Both the position numbers and the translations under genes were made by a program. The notes beneath the pieces were generated by a model that saw only the letters and a list, made by a program, of their open reading frames with translations, was not told where the DNA came from and did not search any database. This document shows, in pieces, positions 1 to 8,370 of a stretch of DNA of 13,455 bases. This DNA is from Pseudomonadota bacterium. GTDB taxonomy: Bacteria > Bdellovibrionota_B > Oligoflexia > Oligoflexales > RGVZ01. Position 1 is the stretch's first letter, and each line of letters begins with the position of its first letter. Location: positions 1 through 13,455 of the forward strand of contig JAPLFV010000164.1 in assembly GCA_026390495.1 (NCBI GenBank), in the 5' to 3' direction.

Positions 1-1
1 A

Positions 2-238
2 AGAAACGAGCTCGAACAGAAGAAAATTATTTTGGTTACTATTGCTGATAACAATGACCCAATTCTTGAATCCATTCCAGAACTAGCAACGAATGCTAGT
101 CTCAATAACAAATTTAAGATTAATCCACTCAAAATTGGTCAATCTTTAGGAATTCACGAAAAATCATTGAATAGAAACGTCAACGTGACGTTGCAAAGTG
201 AAATTTACTTCAATAGAAATTCTGATTTACAAAAATAA
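2..238 (+). CDS. 3' end of a CDS that starts upstream of the window (hypothetical protein; about 78 C-terminal codons visible)
   Basis: The frame is open from base 2 with no stop until TAA at 236-238. The ORF track entry 32..238 begins at an internal TTG. It converges on the minus-strand lipoprotein gene. No family recognised. Confidence 0.4.
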   Translation, partial: RNELEQKKIILVTIADNNDPILESIPELATNASLNNKFKINPLKIGQSLGIHEKSLNRNVNVTLQSEIYFNRNSDLQK

Positions 239-299
239 ATATGCCATTGCCTTTTTGGCCTCATTCTGAAAACAATCAGCAATCACTCAATCGTCGAGG

Positions 300-1544
300 C
301 TACGGCAAACAGAAATCCCGATAAGGGGAGCTGCCAAGACTTGCATTGGTTTGTTCGTTAATGAATACGCCTGATATATATTTCATTCTTTGGTCATATT
401 CAGTCCATACCGATGCCCCTGGCGCCACTGATACAATTTTGAAATCGCTTGCAATTTGCTTTAAGTCAGGGACTTCAAATGTTGCAAGTGCTTTCTGTGG
501 CGTTAATGGCAGTGGCCGAGAAACATCAAACACCTTAAGCCCTGGTTCGACGTCCATACCACACCCGACTCGCTCCTTAGGCGCCTTCAATATCATGAGT
601 ACTTTCGTCATTAGAGATTTGTAAACCGTGCTTGCACTATCGAGGGACCCGAGCGCATCTTGAATGTAGGTCTGAAGAATCATCTGCTCGTGAAATCCAA
701 TCAATAAATTGCCCAAAAGTATTAATTCGACTCTTTGGTCCACCTTTCTAGGATCAGTTATAGTCATTGCCTGCAAATAGGAGTGAAAGGCATGGTAAAG
801 TAGATCCTGAAATTCGCCATTATACTTTGCGCCTTTGCCAAATTTGGTGACGAACCTTTGAGCGGCTAATATGGCGTCGTGAATACCGAGTGGATTTGGA
901 TTCTTATTGTAAAAGACAAACTGTCCTTTCAATATCTCCTCAGCAGTTCCTAAGTCAGGTTTACAATTGTCCTTAAACAACTCTATAAATCTGGTCGTTG
1001 GTGGCAAAATTTCAACCGCTAAATGCAGATTACCTGCCGCAAGCTCCTTCTCGACAATCTCAAAGAGCTTGTCAGCAAGTTCATCATCGCTTTTTAATCC
1101 CAATGATCGATACAGGCCTTCACCAATAGCACCCCTTAAAGCACCTATCCCAGAGCTCTTTAGCGTCGTGAGCAATACAGAGTCCTTCCCAGAAATCATA
1201 TCCCCAGCTTGCCGGGACGCCCATACACCGAAGTGAAACCAATTCGCCTGAAACGTCGTCTGTCCGCCATTTGTTTTGTCGTAAGCACAGTTCATTAACC
1301 CGTTGAGTCTTTTTGCAGCTACTGCATAAGCTCGATTAATTCTTTGATTTTGAGTCACACGGTGAGTGGACTCATTTGAGAGAATGGCTTGCTCATCTTT
1401 CAAGAATGGCTGATATTTTGAATCATCAAAGACGAGGCTTTTATTGTCAGTCAAAGTAGACCCGCGAGAGTTTCTGGGCTTACAAGCTGAAAGAACACAG
1501 TTGCAGATCAAAATAAAACCGACGACTCTTCCAAAATTATCCAT
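300..1544 (-). CDS. Lipoprotein of unknown function (414 aa)
   Basis: ATG at 1542-1544, preceded on the minus strand by GAGG 6 nt upstream. N-terminus MDNFGRVVGFILICNCVLSAC has a hydrophobic h-region and a lipobox L-S-A-C. The +2 residue is Lys, so outer-membrane retention is likely by the Asp+2 rule. The rest is a long, apparently helical body with no motif I recognise. It is divergent from ahpC. Confidence 0.7.
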   Translation of the reverse strand: MDNFGRVVGFILICNCVLSACKPRNSRGSTLTDNKSLVFDDSKYQPFLKDEQAILSNESTHRVTQNQRINRAYAVAAKRLNGLMNCAYDKTNGGQTTFQANWFHFGVWASRQAGDMISGKDSVLLTTLKSSGIGALRGAIGEGLYRSLGLKSDDELADKLFEIVEKELAAGNLHLAVEILPPTTRFIELFKDNCKPDLGTAEEILKGQFVFYNKNPNPLGIHDAILAAQRFVTKFGKGAKYNGEFQDLLYHAFHSYLQAMTITDPRKVDQRVELILLGNLLIGFHEQMILQTYIQDALGSLDSASTVYKSLMTKVLMILKAPKERVGCGMDVEPGLKVFDVSRPLPLTPQKALATFEVPDLKQIASDFKIVSVAPGASVWTEYDQRMKYISGVFINEQTNASLGSSPYRDFCLP

Positions 1545-1744
1545 AGCAACCTCAATAAAATTATTACAAATTCAACCCTTTTAGAATTATCCGCCCAAAG
1601 CTCGTTACTGTCAAAAACCTAAAAAAGCATGAAGCACGCAAATACAATCGACCAATTCGTTTATCAGCTACAATGGCGCCAACCAACAAGGAGCCAGAGT
1701 TATATAACTATCTGAATATTATAGATTAATCCTCAGACAATCTG

Positions 1745-1781
1745 ATAGATGAAATCTATCGATTCATAAATAAAATAGATT
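1745..1781. promoter_or_regulatory. Perfect inverted repeat ATAGATgaaATCTAT matching an OxyR half-site, followed by a further ATAGAT; candidate peroxide-regulator operator upstream of ahpC
   Basis: 1745-1759 = ATAGaTgaaAtCTAT fits the ATAGntnnnanCTAT half of the Toledano OxyR consensus exactly. A third ATAGAT lies at 1775-1780. The expected second half-site at 1767-1781 is degenerate. It sits about 120 bp upstream of the ahpC ATG in the 333-bp divergent intergenic region. Confidence 0.3.
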
Positions 1782-1877
1782 TCAGTAATTGGCTAAAATG
1801 GCGATAAGCTGTTTGTAAGGTGAGAGTCACATGGAGTGAATGTCCACCTAAGGAACATCAAATAAAGGGAGTCCAAT

Positions 1878-2441
1878 ATGTCTATCATCAATTCAAAAAT
1901 TACAAACTTCAAAGCTCAAGCCTATCACAATGACGAGTTCAAAACTGTCACCCAAGACGATCTCAAAGGGAAGTGGTCGATCTTCTTCTTCTACCCTGCA
2001 GACTTTACATTCGTTTGCCCTACAGAGCTTGGGGATATGGCAGACAAGTATGACAAGCTAAAAGGACTCGGCGTGGAAGTCTACTCTGTTTCGACAGACA
2101 CTCACTTCACACATAAAGCTTGGCATGACACATCGGACACCATCAAAAAAATAAAGTTTCCGATGCTTGCAGATCCAACAGGTCATCTTTCTCGATCATT
2201 CGGCGTTTATATTGAAGAAGAAGGTCTCGCGTACCGAGGAACATTCTTGGTGAATCCAGAAGGCCAAATCAAGATTGCAGAAATCCACGACAACGGGATT
2301 GGCCGCAATGCAGATGAGCTTTTGAGAAAGGTACAAGCGGCACAATTCGTGGCGTCGCACAAAGGAGAAGTATGTCCAGCAAAATGGCAACCAGGTGACG
2401 CAACACTAAAACCTGGCCTAAATCTTGTGGGAAAAATCTGA
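1878..2441 (+). CDS. ahpC: Alkyl hydroperoxide reductase subunit C (typical 2-Cys peroxiredoxin, AhpC)
   Basis: 187 aa, ATG with GGGAG RBS. Nearly colinear with E. coli AhpC: WSVFFFYPADFTFVCPTELGD (peroxidatic Cys), VSTDTHFTHKAWH, and EVCPAKW (resolving Cys) near the C-terminus. Followed 33 bp later by ahpF. Confidence 0.95.
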   Translation: MSIINSKITNFKAQAYHNDEFKTVTQDDLKGKWSIFFFYPADFTFVCPTELGDMADKYDKLKGLGVEVYSVSTDTHFTHKAWHDTSDTIKKIKFPMLADPTGHLSRSFGVYIEEEGLAYRGTFLVNPEGQIKIAEIHDNGIGRNADELLRKVQAAQFVASHKGEVCPAKWQPGDATLKPGLNLVGKI

Positions 2442-2474
2442 AGCCAATCGAACTAACAAAAGAGGAGCATCGCC

Positions 2475-4028
2475 ATGCTTAGCACAGACATCAAATCTCA
2501 ATTAACAGACGTGTTTGCAAAACTAACCAAAGACGTGACGTTAGTCATCAGTCCAAGCAGCCATGAAAAGCAAGCAGAGCTGACACAATTTCTTGAGTCC
2601 GTTGCAGAATGCTCGTCCAAGGTCGCCGTTACAAAAGGTGCAAAAGGCAGCGCGTCTATTGAGTTTGAGGTGCATGTTGATGACTCCTCTGTGGGAGTTC
2701 AGTTTCAAGCAATTCCTACGGGTCACGAATTTACATCGCTGATTTTGGCCATCTTGAATGCGTCAGGACTTGGAAAGCTTCCTGATGAGGGGATCATTAG
2801 GCGGATCAAAGGGATTCAGAAGGGCTTAGAAATTAAAACCTATATGTCACTTACCTGCGAAAACTGTCCTGATGTTGTTCAGGCACTCAATCAAATTGCA
2901 ATCTTTCACGGAAGTTTGACTCACCGCACCATTGATGGCTCCTATGCACAAGAGGAACTTTCTCGACTCAACATTCAAGGAGTCCCTGCGGTTTTTATCG
3001 GTGATGAATTGATTCATTCAGGTCGATCAAATTTGAGTGAGCTTCTTGCCAAACTCGAAGCAAAGTTTGGGTCAAGCGACGTCTCAAAGGAATCTCTCAA
3101 TCATGGACATTTCGATGTTGCTGTGATCGGTGGTGGGCCAGCGGGTGCTGCAGCAGCCATTTATAGTGTGCGAAAAGGTCTACGCACTGTACTTATTGCT
3201 GAGAAGATTGGTGGTCAGATGCAAGAGACAAAAGGTATCGAGAATTTTGCGTCCGTCACCTATACTGAGGGTCCTCAGTTGTCTGCGAATCTTGAACAGC
3301 ACCTCAAATCATATCCGGTTGTGTTACTAGAAAATCGCCGCGTTGAAAGCATGTCTGGCGAGTCAAACCATAAAATTATATTAACCGGAGGCGAAGAACT
3401 CACGGCAGCGTCGACAATCGTTGCAACAGGCGCAAAGTGGCGTGAGCTAGGAGTTCCTGGTGAGAAAGAATACCTCGGTCGAGGAGTTGCATTCTGCCCT
3501 CATTGTGACGGACCATATTACAAGGACAGACCGATTGCAGTCATTGGCGGCGGCAACTCAGGAGTCGAAGCCGCGATTGACCTTGCAGGGATATGTTCAC
3601 AGGTCACATTGATAGAATATGGCGATTCATTAAAAGCTGACCAAGTGCTTGTTACAAAACTTCATTCACTTAGCAATGTCAGCGTCATCACAAATGCAAA
3701 AACTTCAGAGATTCTTGGCGACGGCCAAAAGGTCAACAAACTCATTTATCAAGATCGATCTACAGATCAAACCAAATCAATTGATCTCGACGGAGTCTTT
3801 GTGCAGATTGGGCTGTCTCCAAACAGCGCATTCTTAAAAAACATTGTAGAAACCACTAAGCAAGGTGAAATCATCGTCGATCCTAAAGGACGAACTTCGA
3901 AGAAAGGGATATACGCTGCCGGTGATGTGACGACGATTCCATTCAAGCAAATCATCATCGCTATGGGAGATGGCGCAAAAGTAGCACTTACAGCGTTTGA
4001 AGATCGCATGCGGTCCGAAGTTGCGTAG
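2475..4028 (+). CDS. ahpF: Alkyl hydroperoxide reductase subunit F (AhpF, NADH-dependent peroxiredoxin reductase)
   Basis: 517 aa, AGAGGAG RBS. N-terminal double thioredoxin-like domain with CENCPD. FAD/NAD(P) Rossmann motifs VIGGGPAG and VIGGGNSGVEAA. Redox-active CPHCDG disulfide. Operonic with ahpC. Confidence 0.95.
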   Translation: MLSTDIKSQLTDVFAKLTKDVTLVISPSSHEKQAELTQFLESVAECSSKVAVTKGAKGSASIEFEVHVDDSSVGVQFQAIPTGHEFTSLILAILNASGLGKLPDEGIIRRIKGIQKGLEIKTYMSLTCENCPDVVQALNQIAIFHGSLTHRTIDGSYAQEELSRLNIQGVPAVFIGDELIHSGRSNLSELLAKLEAKFGSSDVSKESLNHGHFDVAVIGGGPAGAAAAIYSVRKGLRTVLIAEKIGGQMQETKGIENFASVTYTEGPQLSANLEQHLKSYPVVLLENRRVESMSGESNHKIILTGGEELTAASTIVATGAKWRELGVPGEKEYLGRGVAFCPHCDGPYYKDRPIAVIGGGNSGVEAAIDLAGICSQVTLIEYGDSLKADQVLVTKLHSLSNVSVITNAKTSEILGDGQKVNKLIYQDRSTDQTKSIDLDGVFVQIGLSPNSAFLKNIVETTKQGEIIVDPKGRTSKKGIYAAGDVTTIPFKQIIIAMGDGAKVALTAFEDRMRSEVA

Positions 4029-4102
4029 CGCCTAAGTCAAATTCTATTCCTGAGCTTACCCATACATGCACACTTACGCTCTACTATGGCACTTTTTAAA
4101 AA

Positions 4103-4130
4103 TCTGCGATCGCAGAGCTTGGCTTTTTTG
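4103..4130 (+). terminator. Putative rho-independent terminator downstream of ahpF
   Basis: 14-nt perfect palindrome TCTGCGATCGCAGA (4103-4116) followed 8 nt later by TTTTTT (4124-4129). The stem is short, so this is a moderate call. Confidence 0.35.
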
Positions 4131-4310
4131 ATTCATGAATTGCATGAGTTCAAAGTTTGGCTATGTTCGCTGCCAAAATTTGATACGCCAAAAAAAATTT
4201 TTACATAATGGTGTAGAATCGCTATATTAGGCAGACCAGAATTCTGTCCAATTAACATTTTTGAGCTAGATGTCGATATCTACACAAATTTTTCAAAATG
4301 AGGTGAACCT

Positions 4311-5372
4311 ATGGTTTGGGGTGCAATTAAGAATCAATTACGTTCCGTTATCGAATGGGAAGGCGCCGAGAATTCCCTTTTTGAAAACTGGTCGACAAAT
4401 GCTGACGAAATAAAAAATGCTTCAAAGCTTATCTTAAAACCGGGACAAGGATGTATTTTTCTGTATCAAGGAAAGATGGAAGCCGTCTGGACTGAGCCAA
4501 AACTATACGAACTCAAAACAGACAACATTCCATTTTGGACGACAGTTTCAAAGTTTATGCAAGCTTTCCAAAGTGAGCATAAAGTTGGAATTTATTTCTT
4601 CAGAACTGCAGAAATGGCTAACATTAAATGGGGCACTCCAAACCCTATTTCCTACGAAGACCCAAAATTTAAACTTCAAGTTAAACTAAAATGTCACGGG
4701 ACTTTTTCGGCAAAAATTCTTGAGCCTGCAGCTTTCATGGCGAATATCGTGATGTCTCGTGCAAAATACACAACCGAAGAGTTTAAAGAATTAATCCTCG
4801 GTCGCGTTTTAGCCCCCATGGGAGATTTCCTAGCTGAAAGCCAATTTTCCTACAGTGAAGTTGATAAGAATCGAAACGAAATTGCTTCGGGCCTGAAAGC
4901 AAGTATGGACGAAATATTTGCTAAACTTGGCTTTGCCATGACTGACTTTAGAATCAACGGAACAGGATTTGACGAGAAAACCGAGAAAGCCATCGAAGCC
5001 ATCAACAGCGCCCATGTGGATGCCCAAGTCGCAGCAGCGAGGGGCATGACTTACTTCCAAGAACAGCAACTCAAAATCATGCAAACCGCAGCTGCAAACG
5101 AAGGCGGCGGTATGGTCGGTACAGGTGTAGGCCTTGGTGCTGGTGTGGCGTTAGGACAAAACATGGCGTCCACTTTTGCAGGTATGATGGGTGGAATGCA
5201 AGCTCAACCGCCTCAACAAGGGCAAGCGAATCAGCAAGCAGGCGCAGCTCCCGTAGCAGCAGCTGAAGATCCTGTAGCTAGACTTCAAAAGCTAAAGGGC
5301 CTAATGGATTCCGGCATTATTTCTAAGGAAGAATTTGAAGAGAAAAAGAAAGAGATTCTCAGCAAGATTTAG
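4311..5372 (+). CDS. SPFH/Band-7-like protein (Band_7_1, YdjI / 'virion core protein-like' family) with C-terminal SHOCT domain
   Basis: 353 aa, GAGGTGA RBS. The N-terminus (IKNQLRSVIEWEGAENSLFENWS...EIKNASKLILKPGQGCIFLYQGK) follows the pattern I recall for B. subtilis YdjI-type SPFH proteins. Gly/Met/Gln-rich low-complexity linker (GGGMVGTGVGLGAGVALGQNMASTFAGMMGGMQAQPPQQGQ). The C-terminus LQKLKGLMDSGIISKEEFEEKKKEIL is a textbook SHOCT motif. Confidence 0.75.
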   Translation: MVWGAIKNQLRSVIEWEGAENSLFENWSTNADEIKNASKLILKPGQGCIFLYQGKMEAVWTEPKLYELKTDNIPFWTTVSKFMQAFQSEHKVGIYFFRTAEMANIKWGTPNPISYEDPKFKLQVKLKCHGTFSAKILEPAAFMANIVMSRAKYTTEEFKELILGRVLAPMGDFLAESQFSYSEVDKNRNEIASGLKASMDEIFAKLGFAMTDFRINGTGFDEKTEKAIEAINSAHVDAQVAAARGMTYFQEQQLKIMQTAAANEGGGMVGTGVGLGAGVALGQNMASTFAGMMGGMQAQPPQQGQANQQAGAAPVAAAEDPVARLQKLKGLMDSGIISKEEFEEKKKEILSKI

Positions 5373-5407
5373 CCTTTCATGAGTTCGCATCATCATTTGA
5401 AACAAGG

Positions 5408-5437
5408 TGGGCCGCTAATGCGGCCCATTTACTTTTG
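5408..5437. terminator. Bidirectional rho-independent terminator between the convergent SPFH gene and the small OMP gene
   Basis: TGGGCCGC-taat-GCGGCCCA forms a perfect 8-bp GC-rich stem with a 4-nt loop (5408-5427). It is followed by TTTACTTTTG on the plus strand and by a T-rich run on the minus strand. Confidence 0.65.
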
Positions 5438-5495
5438 TAGATGTGAACTCCAAATTGTCTCAACAATACCCTATGATCTATTTAAGAATTCGAAT

Positions 5496-5990
5496 TTAGT
5501 AAAAGGCCACACCAATGCCGATATCTAAAAGGGCCATCTTCTGAGAGACGTCATAGGCAGGCTTAAAATAAAGCGAAAAAAAATTAATCTGATTCTTTAA
5601 GGTCAGATGGATCCGACGGGACTTGCCAACACTAGTGAGGCCAAACGATAACTGCGAACGAGTTGGCAAAGGACTTGCGCTTACTTTACCAATATCAACG
5701 ATATATCCCCACTCATTGCCTCGATGTTTCAGCAAGGACAAAGAGCCCATGTAACCACGTTCAGAGGGACAGGATCGTCCCTTTGGAATACATGAGACGC
5801 GTTCTATCAGTGTACCTTCATCGACGGCAAAATAGTCTATACCAATACCAGCACTCGCTCCTTCAGTAGCAACATGCAGATCATAAACTCCGCGAATCGT
5901 TTGACTGTATATTTTATCAGATGCCAATAAACTCAAGACAAATGCTCCGGGCAAATACAGTTGAATAGAAATCCGTTTTATCTTGAACAT
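5496..5990 (-). CDS. Small secreted protein, candidate 8-stranded outer-membrane beta-barrel (164 aa), function unknown
   Basis: ATG at 5988-5990 with GGTGAGG upstream. N-terminal signal peptide (MFKIKRISIQLYLPGAFVLSLLAS). Alternating hydrophobic pattern. The C-terminal GIGVAFY, ending in an aromatic residue, is typical of a beta-barrel OMP sorting signal. It is divergent from the two-component system. Confidence 0.5.
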   Translation of the reverse strand: MFKIKRISIQLYLPGAFVLSLLASDKIYSQTIRGVYDLHVATEGASAGIGIDYFAVDEGTLIERVSCIPKGRSCPSERGYMGSLSLLKHRGNEWGYIVDIGKVSASPLPTRSQLSFGLTSVGKSRRIHLTLKNQINFFSLYFKPAYDVSQKMALLDIGIGVAFY

Positions 5991-6066
5991 GCCAGTTAAA
6001 CCTCACCACAACAAAAATAAGGACGTCTATTCTACATAAACTCGCGTATTTTTCATTGCTTATATT

Positions 6067-6082
6067 TTAATCAAATTTAATC
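6067..6082. promoter_or_regulatory. Direct repeat TTAATC-N4-TTAATC (10-bp periodicity) in the divergent promoter region; candidate OmpR-family response-regulator binding site
   Basis: ttaatcaaatttaatc at 6067-6082, inside the 252-bp AT-rich region between the OMP gene and the response-regulator gene. Spacing of one helical turn is typical of winged-helix RR direct-repeat boxes. This is purely pattern-based. Confidence 0.2.
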
Positions 6083-6242
6083 GCCAGAGACCCTCTGATT
6101 TTAGATAAGTATCTTGATTTATTAAGTAAAGTTTGTTTAAAAAATAATCTTCAATTTTCTCATAATTCTCACAATCCTCTCATCTCAATTGGACTAAAGT
6201 TAAAAACGTGCTAATCCACCCTTAGATTGAGGAGACCAATTT

Positions 6243-6938
6243 ATGCGAATTTTAGTGGTTGAAGACGATCGTGCCATTGCCAGTGTTCTTGAAAGATCAC
6301 TTAAAGAAGAAAGCTATGCCGTTGACATCGCCGCTGATGGCGTCGAAGGCGAGTGGCTTGCTGTCGAAAACAATTACGACTGCATCATCTTAGACGTCAT
6401 GCTTCCACGAAAAGATGGATTTGCCGTTTTGAAATCAGTACGCGAAGCAGGAATCATAACACCTGTCCTGATGCTCACCGCTCGCGACCAAACCACCGAT
6501 AAAGTCCAAGGACTTGATCACGGTGCCGATGATTACCTTACAAAGCCTTTTAGTCTCGATGAATTGTTTGCGCGGGTCCGCGCTCTTTTACGACGAAAGC
6601 AAAATGAGTATGTCGGAACCGTTGTTGAAGTCGGTCATTTAAAAATTGATCCTGCTCGACGTGAAGTCACTAGAGCCGGTCAAAAAATTGATCTGACGAC
6701 CAAAGAATATTCGCTGCTTGAATATTTAGCCCGCAATGCTGGAAGCGTTGTAACTCGCAATCAATTGTCTGAGCATGTTTGGGACATGAATTTTGAACCA
6801 AACAGCAATGTAGTTGATGTTTACATCGGCTATCTTCGATCTAAGATCGATAAGGGATTCGACGATGCCATGATCCGAACTGTTCGAGGACACGGGTATA
6901 TGCTCGATCTGCCTGGTGGGGCCCATGCGCATCCTTGA
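6243..6938 (+). CDS. OmpR/PhoB-family response regulator, CusR/CopR-like (heavy-metal type)
   Basis: 231 aa, GAGGAG RBS. Receiver domain (MRILVVEDD...ILDVMLP, phospho-accepting D in IILDV). The winged-helix C-terminus (VWDMNFEPNSNVVDVYIGYLRSKIDKGFDDAMIRTVRGHGYMLDLP) is nearly colinear with E. coli CusR ([25 protein letters not shown]...TVRGVGYMLEVP). Confidence 0.9.
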   Translation: MRILVVEDDRAIASVLERSLKEESYAVDIAADGVEGEWLAVENNYDCIILDVMLPRKDGFAVLKSVREAGIITPVLMLTARDQTTDKVQGLDHGADDYLTKPFSLDELFARVRALLRRKQNEYVGTVVEVGHLKIDPARREVTRAGQKIDLTTKEYSLLEYLARNAGSVVTRNQLSEHVWDMNFEPNSNVVDVYIGYLRSKIDKGFDDAMIRTVRGHGYMLDLPGGAHAHP

Positions 6939-8370
6939 TTCATTTCCGCTGAGGGTCCGCCTGACATTAATCTATGGTGTTTGGATGGCCCTTTTACTTC
7001 CTGCCCTTGGTTGGGGCCTCTTTACACTTGTAAAACGAAATCTCATGCAATCCGTTGATGCGGCACTTTCGGCATCTGCTCAAGCCATGATCGATAGTCG
7101 AGCAAGTATGAATGATTCTGTGATGGATGAGCTTCTTTCGCGCCTTCTCGGAGAGCGGCACATCAACACCATGGCGCGGGTGGTGGACCTATCAGGAAAA
7201 GTTAGAACCCATGGTCAGCACGGCAATATTTCTTTGCCTATGACTTCATTTGCGTCACAAAGAGCGGAACAAGGATTTTCGACTTTTGAAACATTTGAAC
7301 GAAAAGGAAAATCTCCTTTCAGATTACTAACAGTTCCTCTTGTCTTTGATGGCCGATTCTCCGGAGATGTCATCCAAGTTGGTGCAAGTCTAGAAACCAC
7401 GGAGTCTGCTCTCAGTGAGATTGGAGCCGTGCTGTGGTTTGCATTTCCAGTCGGGCTTATTTTTTCTTTGGGAGTTAGTTATTATTTGACGGGCGGCAGT
7501 CTCAGTCCAGTGGTGGCAATTCAAACTGCAGCATCAAACTTAAGTGCCACAGATCTATCTACGCGGTTGCCGTTACCAAAAGCAGACGATGAACTACGCG
7601 GTCTCACGCGAACCTTTAACGGTATGCTGGATCGTCTCCAAGATACTTTTGGTAGACTTCGGAGATTTAGCTCCGACGTGTCACATGAACTCCGGACCCC
7701 TTTGGCAGCGATTCGAGGCGAAGCAGAATTAGCACTAAGACGCACTAGATCCCAAGAAGAGTATCAGGAAACACTCAAAACAATTCAGCGCGAGTCGGTT
7801 CATATGACACGGATCGTCGAGGACCTATTGCTGTTAGCGCGCGCGGAAAGCCAATCTGTGGCCTATTCGCCAGAATTTATTGAAAGCCAGGATTTTTTCG
7901 AGAAGGTTAGTCTGGCAGCAAAGTCGTTTTTTCAAGAAAGAAACATTCTGTTGGTTGTTGATAATCAAATAGCGACTCAACTCTATTGCGCACCAGGATA
8001 TCTCACGCAGGCACTTCTCAATATTTTAACGAATGCTGCGAAACACTCGTCTTCCAATCAATCAGTGACATTGAAGGCGATCTCATCTAAATCTTGGCAC
8101 CACATCTCCATTACTGATACAGGTGAAGGCATTCCTGCCGATCAGGTCGATAAAATATTTGATCCATTCTATCGCGTTGATAGTGCTAGAAATCGCAAAG
8201 TAGGCGGTGCCGGTATCGGCCTAAGTCTTGCAATGGCCCTTGTAAGACTTCATCAAGGCGATATTAAAGTTACAAGTGAACCTACTAAAGGAAGCACATT
8301 TACAATCTCGATCCCTGCAAATCCTGCTGTTAACAGCAAATTGCTTATGGAACAGAAAGTCAAAAATTAG
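6925..8370 (+). CDS. Sensor histidine kinase, CusS/CopS-like (two TM segments, periplasmic sensor, HAMP, HisKA, HATPase_c)
   Basis: The ATG at 6925 overlaps the RR stop (ATGCGCATCCTTGA) with GGTGG 6 nt upstream. The ORF track extends it to a GTG at 6916. TM1 is LTLIYGVWMALLLPALGWGLFTLV. A periplasmic domain of about 150 aa follows, then TM2 IGAVLWFAFPVGLIFSLGVSYYL. H-box SHELRTPLAAIRGEAELAL. N/G1/G2 boxes (LLNILTNAAKHS, DTGEGIP, GGAGIGLSLA). The stop codon TAG at 8368-8370 lies inside the first repeat copy. Confidence 0.9.
   Translation: MRILDSFPLRVRLTLIYGVWMALLLPALGWGLFTLVKRNLMQSVDAALSASAQAMIDSRASMNDSVMDELLSRLLGERHINTMARVVDLSGKVRTHGQHGNISLPMTSFASQRAEQGFSTFETFERKGKSPFRLLTVPLVFDGRFSGDVIQVGASLETTESALSEIGAVLWFAFPVGLIFSLGVSYYLTGGSLSPVVAIQTAASNLSATDLSTRLPLPKADDELRGLTRTFNGMLDRLQDTFGRLRRFSSDVSHELRTPLAAIRGEAELALRRTRSQEEYQETLKTIQRESVHMTRIVEDLLLLARAESQSVAYSPEFIESQDFFEKVSLAAKSFFQERNILLVVDNQIATQLYCAPGYLTQALLNILTNAAKHSSSNQSVTLKAISSKSWHHISITDTGEGIPADQVDKIFDPFYRVDSARNRKVGGAGIGLSLAMALVRLHQGDIKVTSEPTKGSTFTISIPANPAVNSKLLMEQKVKN

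Noticed and set aside
346-1236. Plus-strand ORFs 346..624 and 967..1236 inside the lipoprotein gene
   Set aside because: These are shadow ORFs antisense to a well-supported CDS. They have no RBS and their composition is low-complexity.
2196-3330. ORFs 2196..2390(-), 2541..2726(-) and 3130..3330(+) inside ahpC/ahpF
   Set aside because: They lie entirely within or antisense to highly conserved AhpC/AhpF coding sequence.
3649-5869. Overlapping or antisense ORFs inside ahpF (3649..3837+, 3767..4009-), the SPFH gene (4830..5084-, 4850..5047-) and the OMP gene (5663..5869+)
   Set aside because: Each lies within or antisense to a better-supported CDS and has no RBS.
6726-7745. Minus-strand ORFs 6726..6932, 7215..7400 and 7521..7745, and the plus-strand ORF 7544..7732 inside the kinase
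   Set aside because: They are antisense to, or out of frame within, the response-regulator and kinase genes, whose domain motifs are intact.
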